DNA of 55,053 nucleotides from an uncultured Gammaproteobacteria bacterium (GTDB lineage: Bacteria; Patescibacteriota; Microgenomatia; UBA12405): NCBI GenBank assembly GCA_964408995.1, contig CAYPBP010000005.1, positions 1 to 55,053 of the forward strand. Direction: 5' to 3'. Every line of letters starts with the position of its first letter. Within the stretch, counting starts at the first letter, position 1. A model generated the notes under the pieces. It ran no database searches. It saw nothing but the letters and a program-made list of their open reading frames with translations, and was not told the origin of the DNA. Position numbers and translations under genes: made by a program. This document shows, one piece after another, positions 49,206 to 55,053 of this stretch.

Positions 49206-49294
49206 GTAAGTTGTCATATTAATTTTAGGAGCACAAGCATCCGAGGTACACTACCGAAGGGGTCGAGCACCGCAAAATTGATATGACAACTTAC
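49206..49294. mobile_element. MITE-like element with 21-bp terminal inverted repeats
   Basis: gtaagttgtcatattaatttt ... aaaattgatatgacaacttac (1 mismatch); includes the cinA stop codon. Confidence 0.55.
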
Positions 49295-49740
49295 AAAGAT
49301 TGATTAATCATTTCCAAAACTCTATCAATAACCACCCCCTTCATCTCTTTTCTCGCTTCAATCTTATCATTCATTAAACTATTTACTTCTAAAGAATTAC
49401 TTTTAATTTTATCTCCAACTCTTACTGCCACATAAACTTTCCCCGGCAAATTTCCTGTTACCCCAACACCAACTTCACCCTCAATTTTTCTGGCCATCTC
49501 TTCAGCCACTTGAATTGAATAAACTCCATAAATTTTAATTATTCTTTGATCAACACCAGCTTTTATCTTGGCATCATCACCATAAGTCACCAAACCAGAC
49601 TTAAAAACATCCGAAACACCGGGTATATTTGTTATCAAATTCGCTAAAGCCCCTCCAGTGCACGATTCTATTACTCCAATACACCAATGTCTTTTTTTTA
49701 ATATTTTTATTATTTCTTCAATCATCTTTTTTTCAATCAA
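49291..49740 (-). CDS. cinA: CinA C-terminal domain (PncC/NMN deamidase-like)
   Basis: IESCTGGALA, GVSDVFKSGLVTY...K, VAEEMA, GVGVTG. Confidence 0.85.
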   Translation of the reverse strand: MIEKKMIEEIIKILKKRHWCIGVIESCTGGALANLITNIPGVSDVFKSGLVTYGDDAKIKAGVDQRIIKIYGVYSIQVAEEMARKIEGEVGVGVTGNLPGKVYVAVRVGDKIKSNSLEVNSLMNDKIEARKEMKGVVIDRVLEMINQSL

Positions 49741-49758
49741 CGATCTAACATCTAGGAT

Positions 49759-51060
49759 CTATTTTAACTCTCTCACACTTTCCATTTCTACCACCTTTCT
49801 CCCAAAACTATCTACTTCTTTTTTTCTTCTTTCCCAATTTTTAACTTTTTTAACCTCACCTAAAAGTGAAACTTCCCCAACATAAACCACTTTACCCAAC
49901 AATGGCTTTTCTTTATAACTCGACCACATTGCTGCCAAAACTGCCAAATCAGCTCCAGTCTCTTCAATTTTTATTCCTCCAGTCACCGACACAAACACAT
50001 CATACTTATATAAAGGAATTCCTAAACTTTTTTGAGCAATAGCAATCATCAATTGTCCTCGATTATAATCAATTCCCGAAAAAACTCTTTTTGGCATTGG
50101 CGCAAAACTTTCCACCACCAACGCTTGAATTTCTAGCATCATTGGTCGAGTTCCCTCCATCACCATAGTAATTGCCGATCCAATTTTTTCTTTATTATCA
50201 GAAGCCAAATTAATTTCATCACCTCTAACTTCTTTTAATCCACTTTCTTCCATTTTAAAAACACCCACTTCATCGGTTGCTCCAAATCTATTTTTGGTAG
50301 TTCTCAAAATTCTCAAGTCTCCATTCTTTTCTCCCTCAAAATATAAAACTGTATCAACCATATGTTCCAAAAGTTTTGGACCAGCAATATCCCCTTCTTT
50401 TGTTACGTGTCCAACAATGAAAATTGCAATTCCATTTTTTTTAGCCAACTGAATAATTCTAAAAGCCGATTCTTTAATTTGACTTACCGATCCAGCTCCC
50501 ATCGCCACATTTTCAGAATTCATCACCTGAATCGAGTCCACCACTGCTATTTTGTACAAATTATTTGTTCTGTCCAAAAAGTCCTCTAGTTCGTCAATTG
50601 AATTTGTACTTAGAATATCAAAATTACTTGGATCTAAACCTAACCTCTTAACCCTTAACCCAATTTGCCCTGTTGATTCCTCCCCAGCCACATATAAACC
50701 ACCTATATTTCCAACCAATTGAGTTAATAAAGTGCTCTTTCCAATCCCTGGTTCACCCGCAAAAAGCACCGCCGAGCCCCGAACAATTCCTTTACCCAAA
50801 ACTCTATCAAACTCGGAAATACCCGTAGAAAATACTTCTATGTTTGTCTCGTTTTTGACCTCTATTTTTCCCAAATTTTTAATTTCTATTTTTTCAGTTT
50901 TATAATTTTTCCCGCCATTTTTATTTTTTTTATTTTTTGAAAATTTTTCAGAAACTTCTTTCAAAGAATTCCACTCACCACATGCACTACACTGTCCCAT
51001 CCATTTTGAAAACTCATTTCCACAATTAGCACAAACAAAAATCATCTCTTTATTTTTCAT
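49759..51060 (-). CDS. radA: DNA repair protein RadA/Sms (likely start 51060)
   Basis: CANC..CSAC zinc finger, GEPGIGKSTLL, VVDSIQ, HVTKEG.IAGP..LEHMVD, KNRFG. Confidence 0.97.
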   Translation of the reverse strand: MKNKEMIFVCANCGNEFSKWMGQCSACGEWNSLKEVSEKFSKNKKNKNGGKNYKTEKIEIKNLGKIEVKNETNIEVFSTGISEFDRVLGKGIVRGSAVLFAGEPGIGKSTLLTQLVGNIGGLYVAGEESTGQIGLRVKRLGLDPSNFDILSTNSIDELEDFLDRTNNLYKIAVVDSIQVMNSENVAMGAGSVSQIKESAFRIIQLAKKNGIAIFIVGHVTKEGDIAGPKLLEHMVDTVLYFEGEKNGDLRILRTTKNRFGATDEVGVFKMEESGLKEVRGDEINLASDNKEKIGSAITMVMEGTRPMMLEIQALVVESFAPMPKRVFSGIDYNRGQLMIAIAQKSLGIPLYKYDVFVSVTGGIKIEETGADLAVLAAMWSSYKEKPLLGKVVYVGEVSLLGEVKKVKNWERRKKEVDSFGRKVVEMESVRELK

Positions 51061-51099
51061 TACCAATTATAACAATAATAACTGTCAGATTAATCCAAT

Positions 51100-51912
51100 T
51101 TACTGTTTAGTATTTCTTTTAAATAAATCACCAAAATTAAAAAATTTTTTAGAACCGTTTTCAAAAATACCAAATTCTTCTCCATGACCCAAATCCGTTC
51201 TTTTATTTTCTGGATTTTCTTCATTAATTTCTTGTGGATTATTATTTGTTTCTTGTGATTGACCACTCAACAAAGAAATTCCTATATATCTTTTACGATG
51301 ACCTCTACGAGTAGGCCACATAGAATGTTGTCCTTCATCATGAAATGGTGTACGAGACTCTTCTGGGTAACCATAAGGTCCTGGATGAGCTGGAATATAA
51401 GGTCTACATGATTTTTCATATCTTTCTCTTCTTGAATCTTTTGGTTCAATTTCTGTTGATTTATCTGGCTTTTTTCCTTTTTCCTCTTGATCTTTAATTC
51501 CAAATTTTTCTTTTACAAAATTTATTTTAGAAGAAATAGTGTGACCACTTTCTATAAAACCTTGATCTAACCAATCACTTAACTTTGTAAAAACATTAAT
51601 ATATTCTTCATTCTGACTATTCTCAGAAATCAAATTATTTTTTTTATCTACCAATTTATTAATTGCACCAATATCATATGTATTTAAACTAGATAAAGAT
51701 AAACCAACATCAAAATTCAAAGATAAAATGGCTCTTTGTTGTAGAACATTTGTTTTTTCTTCCTGAAATCTTATTGCATCAATTATCGCTCTTTGTCCAT
51801 CACTTTCTGGAACAATTTCCCCCAACTCTAAATCATCAAAACTTCCCTCTAAATTTGAAATTAGATTATTTTTTCTTTCTTTCATTTTATTCAAAAATTC
51901 TAACGTGTCCAA
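51100..51912 (-). CDS. Hypothetical protein (start uncertain, possibly 51885)
   Basis: 270-aa open frame, no recognised motif. Confidence 0.6.
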   Translation of the reverse strand: MDTLEFLNKMKERKNNLISNLEGSFDDLELGEIVPESDGQRAIIDAIRFQEEKTNVLQQRAILSLNFDVGLSLSSLNTYDIGAINKLVDKKNNLISENSQNEEYINVFTKLSDWLDQGFIESGHTISSKINFVKEKFGIKDQEEKGKKPDKSTEIEPKDSRRERYEKSCRPYIPAHPGPYGYPEESRTPFHDEGQHSMWPTRRGHRKRYIGISLLSGQSQETNNNPQEINEENPENKRTDLGHGEEFGIFENGSKKFFNFGDLFKRNTKQ

Positions 51913-51983
51913 TTATAACTCACTTTTTTAAAAAAAATCGTTTCTAGAAGCTCTAATAAAGTCACCACAAAAAATCATCTAAT

Positions 51984-53228
51984 TTAAGGCACTATTTTTC
52001 TTGCTTCCAAATAAAATCTTTTTTCCTCTGCTTCCCCCATCGAAAAAGTCTTTCTTGGTAAAGCCCCATCTTTTTCAACGGTTACAAATAACTCTTCTTT
52101 TTTCATTGTTGGTAATAAAAATCCTACATTATTCCCCACTGCCAATTTCTTTATTGCTTCTACCCCATGAACATAATCAATTTTCGCCTCTGGATGCAAT
52201 TGCAAATATTTATCCAACAATAATTGTAAATTACCAACCACCAGATTAGATGAACTTTCCTTTAAATTAATTAATTTTACCTTTCTATTGCTAACCATCT
52301 GCACAGAAAATTCTTGTGATTGATCACCATTTCCAATCAAAAAATTTTCTAAATCATTTTTGTCGACATTAAACATTACCCTGTGAATCGGCTCAAACTC
52401 CAAACCATTATCATGTAAGTTAACCAATTCTACTAGCGCAAATCTAGCTGGATGATTTTCTTTTTCCTCTCCACTTAATTCATTTTTTATATTTTGCCAA
52501 TGAACTTTTGCTGTTGCCAAACTATGATTTCCATCCCCCATAGCAAATAGAAAACCATCAGGACTTATTAACTCTTCTAAACCATTAATAATTTTTTCAA
52601 TTATTTCTTCACTTACAATTTTCCACCCTCTAAGATGTCCTCCACCCATCATTAATTCAAAATCATAAATTTTTTCTCCTTGACCTATCAAAGGCTCAAT
52701 CACTGTTTTGCTAAAATCATTAATTAATACCATGATATGTGGTAATTCAACCAAAGCATTTTTTCTAATTTCTAATCTTGGTGGAATTCTACTCTCCACT
52801 GTTCCCTCAGTTGCCCTAATCAAAGTTTTACTACCTTTTGTATATTCATATTTTTCCAAATCTAAAGCTAACAATAAGCCATGTCTAACCCTATTACCTC
52901 CATTAGTTATTCTCTCTGTCAAAATTAATCCTTCAAACTTTTCCTCTAAAAATCCATTGTTTAAGTATTCCTCCATAGTTATATTTATTTTTTTTATTCT
53001 TTCTTGTTTATCAGGATTTTCCAAATACACTTCTGGAAAAATTATTTTACAAGTCGAAGCTTGATTACCCACATAGCTTTTCACTTTCTCCCAATATTCC
53101 AATTCAGAAGTATATTGATCGCATGCCACCACTGCCCACTTATTTAAATCCGTTCCATATTTAGGCAATAAAATTTTTGGTATTCTAACCCCAATCTTAT
53201 TTAATTTATCTTCAATTATTCTATTCAT
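51984..53228 (-). CDS. DUF1015 family protein
   Basis: WAVVACDQY, LIRATEGT..RIPPR, AMGDGNHSLATAK, LPRKTFSMG. Confidence 0.85.
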   Translation of the reverse strand: MNRIIEDKLNKIGVRIPKILLPKYGTDLNKWAVVACDQYTSELEYWEKVKSYVGNQASTCKIIFPEVYLENPDKQERIKKINITMEEYLNNGFLEEKFEGLILTERITNGGNRVRHGLLLALDLEKYEYTKGSKTLIRATEGTVESRIPPRLEIRKNALVELPHIMVLINDFSKTVIEPLIGQGEKIYDFELMMGGGHLRGWKIVSEEIIEKIINGLEELISPDGFLFAMGDGNHSLATAKVHWQNIKNELSGEEKENHPARFALVELVNLHDNGLEFEPIHRVMFNVDKNDLENFLIGNGDQSQEFSVQMVSNRKVKLINLKESSSNLVVGNLQLLLDKYLQLHPEAKIDYVHGVEAIKKLAVGNNVGFLLPTMKKEELFVTVEKDGALPRKTFSMGEAEEKRFYLEARKIVP

Positions 53229-53244
53229 TTCTCATTTTATCATC

Positions 53245-53273
53245 AAAAAACCCCAGCTATCAGCTGGGGTTTT
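53245..53273 (-). terminator. Intrinsic terminator after rpsA
   Basis: CCCCAGC-TGATA-GCTGGGG-TTTTTT. Confidence 0.85.
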
Positions 53274-53287
53274 AAAAACATTCTCTA

Positions 53288-54424
53288 TTATTTATAAATC
53301 ACATTCTTCTTACTAGTTTCTACGATTCCCAAAGAAATTTTTCTCTTTTGGACGTCAATACTTTCAATATAGACTTGGACTTTTTCTCCTTCTTTTAAGG
53401 AAACTCCACCAGTAAGCTTGGAAATATGAATTAAACCTTCAACTCCGGTTTCTAGTTTAACCAAAGCTCCAAAATTAGCAATTCTAACCACTTCACCTTC
53501 AAGTTCTTTATCTTTTGGATATTTGTCTTCAATCTTATCCCATGGATCACCAGCCAATCTTTTAATAGAAAATTGTAATCTTCCATCATCTTTATTAATT
53601 AACTTAATTGAAACTTTATCTTTAGTTTTATACATAGTTGAAATATCGCTTACTTTTTCCCAAGAAATTTCTGAAATATGAACCAATCCTTCTAAATTCA
53701 AAGGAGCACCTTTGTTGTCACAATTAACTCTCACAAAAATACCAAAAGGTTCAACTCGCATTATATTAGCTTCAAAAACATCACCAACTGCTAAATTTTC
53801 AATAGCTCCAACTTCTTCACCAACTTTATCTGGTTCAGACACTAATCTTTCAGAAAAAACTAATCTATTTTTAGCTTGATCAACTTCCAAAACTTTGGTT
53901 TTAATTTTTTTACCAATCATTTTATCTGGATCACCTTCATATTTAGTTCCAATTTGAGATCCTGGAATAAATCCAAAAAATCCAAACGGAGCCACAACTA
54001 CTGCTCCACCTCGGTTTAATTCCTTGGCAAAAACAGTTATTTCACCACCACTTTTTTCTTTTTCTTTAAAATAACTCCAACCATAACCACTAGCAGCTCC
54101 TCTAATTGAAGCTAAAATTTGACCTTTATCATTTTCAGGAGACTTAATTTGAACTTCAATTTCATCATTAAGTTTCAAATCAGCCACATAATCTTTAACA
54201 AATTCAAATTCTTTACCAGCTACCACTGCATCAGTTTTACCACCAACGTCAATGAAAATTGATTTATTTTTAATTGCAGTAATTCTACCTTTAACTTCTT
54301 GTCCTTTTTTCAAGCCAGAAATTTTACCAGCTTCTAATTCTAAAAGATCAGCCATTGTTAAAGCTGCATCATTTTTTTTCTTTATTCCGCCTTTTGCAGA
54401 AACTTTTTTATCTTTTTTTGCCAT
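53288..54424 (-). CDS. rpsA: Ribosomal protein S1-like (about four S1 domains)
   Basis: VKGRI..I...IFIDVG, GFIPGSQI, EGLVHISEISW, EGLIHISKL. Confidence 0.9.
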   Translation of the reverse strand: MAKKDKKVSAKGGIKKKNDAALTMADLLELEAGKISGLKKGQEVKGRITAIKNKSIFIDVGGKTDAVVAGKEFEFVKDYVADLKLNDEIEVQIKSPENDKGQILASIRGAASGYGWSYFKEKEKSGGEITVFAKELNRGGAVVVAPFGFFGFIPGSQIGTKYEGDPDKMIGKKIKTKVLEVDQAKNRLVFSERLVSEPDKVGEEVGAIENLAVGDVFEANIMRVEPFGIFVRVNCDNKGAPLNLEGLVHISEISWEKVSDISTMYKTKDKVSIKLINKDDGRLQFSIKRLAGDPWDKIEDKYPKDKELEGEVVRIANFGALVKLETGVEGLIHISKLTGGVSLKEGEKVQVYIESIDVQKRKISLGIVETSKKNVIYK

Positions 54425-54428
54425 TTTT

Positions 54429-54456
54429 AAAAAAAATCTCCCAATTATTTGGGAGA
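54429..54456 (-). terminator. Terminator hairpin immediately before rpsA
   Basis: TCTCCCAA-ATAA-TTGGGAGA followed by T8, ending 4 nt before ATG. Confidence 0.8.
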
Positions 54457-54583
54457 AAAAGGGATTGGTTACCCCAAATAAATTAATAATAATTACCCCG
54501 TAAATACGGAGTTAACTTAAATTTGTTGAATCAAAAATTAAAACACTAATGCTCTAATTATCTAAATAACTAATTTAGTTCCT

Positions 54584-54707
54584 GAATTCTGGCCACGACC
54601 TATTTTCAAGATCCCTTACGGGAAGACTATTGTCGGCGCTAAAGAGTTTCACTTCTCTGTTCGAAATGGGAAGAGGTGGTGCCACTTCGCTCCAATGACC
54701 AGAGTTC
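54584..54707 (-). rRNA. rrf: 5S rRNA
   Basis: Helix I GAACTCTGGTC/GGCCAGAATTC, CACCTCTTCCCATTTCGAACAGAGAAGTGAAA, GAAAATAGG. Confidence 0.95.
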
Positions 54708-54869
54708 AAAAACTAAATCGAATTTTTGTAATTTAATTAAAATTTCTTGTTTTTATAATCGACGACCTAAAATCTACGATCTAATAACTTTTTTCTTGGC
54801 CTCTAAATTGAGTTGCCCTATTCAGCTTCCAATCCCGAATTTTGATCGAGACTGAAAGCCAAACATATT

Positions 54870-55053
54870 GAAAAAGTTTCTTTAATCTTCTCTTTACTTA
54901 GCTTAAATTCTTTCAAATCTTCCACTTGTAAAGTATTAACCGGTAGTCTCCCGGCGATTTCTCATCCCGACAAGTCGGGACAACGATTCCTTATCTTGGG
55001 GTCAGTTTCCTGTTTGAGATGCTTTCAACAGTTATCTTATAGAAACGTAGCTA
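54870..55053 (-). rRNA. rrl: 23S rRNA, 3' end (3' boundary approximate; truncated by window)
   Basis: TAGCTACG...GATAACTGTTGAAAGCATCT...GAAAC...CCCAAGATAAG, matching the conserved 3' region of 23S. Confidence 0.93.

Noticed and set aside
2046-54503. Short track ORFs overlapping long genes (e.g. 2046-2240, 13992-14264, 31099-32823, 34464-35034, 43477-43896)
   Set aside because: Shadow or off-frame ORFs of strongly supported genes, with no motifs; the repeated ones only mirror coding repeats

Overview
Low-GC, gene-dense chromosomal window using genetic code 11 (TGA is a stop, e.g. the ATGA overlap at 4613-4616). Gene content and style suggest a Patescibacteria/CPR genome, probably Microgenomates-like; this is inference. 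Housekeeping and metabolic genes: partial tRNA-Arg(CCT), M16 peptidase, leuS, split comEC plus comEA, pflB/pflA, ppdK, rho, cinA, radA, DUF1015-like, rpsA, 5S rRNA and the 3' end of 23S rRNA. A ~29-kb block (16.4-45.1 kb) encodes surface proteins around a 14.3-kb giant gene. The strongest candidate for an undescribed system lies at 24.6-41.8 kb. A tyrosine-recombinase core-binding (SAM-like) domain with no catalytic domain is split across a +1 frame junction between a 147-aa ORF and a membrane-anchored ~4,760-aa tail-fibre-like protein. That protein has three 7-repeat FG-GAP blocks, 324-bp DNA repeats, an internal Peptidase_S74-like chaperone and a C-terminal WWIIN domain shared with a neighbouring TPR protein. 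Other highlights: a Leu-rich leader-peptide attenuator before leuS, a terminator/antiterminator before rpsA, a DUF559 nuclease whose -35, Shine-Dalgarno and stop codon come from its own dispersed palindromic repeats, several further repeat families (some in-frame within genes), and many apparently leaderless genes. All domain calls are by motif recognition; no searches were run.
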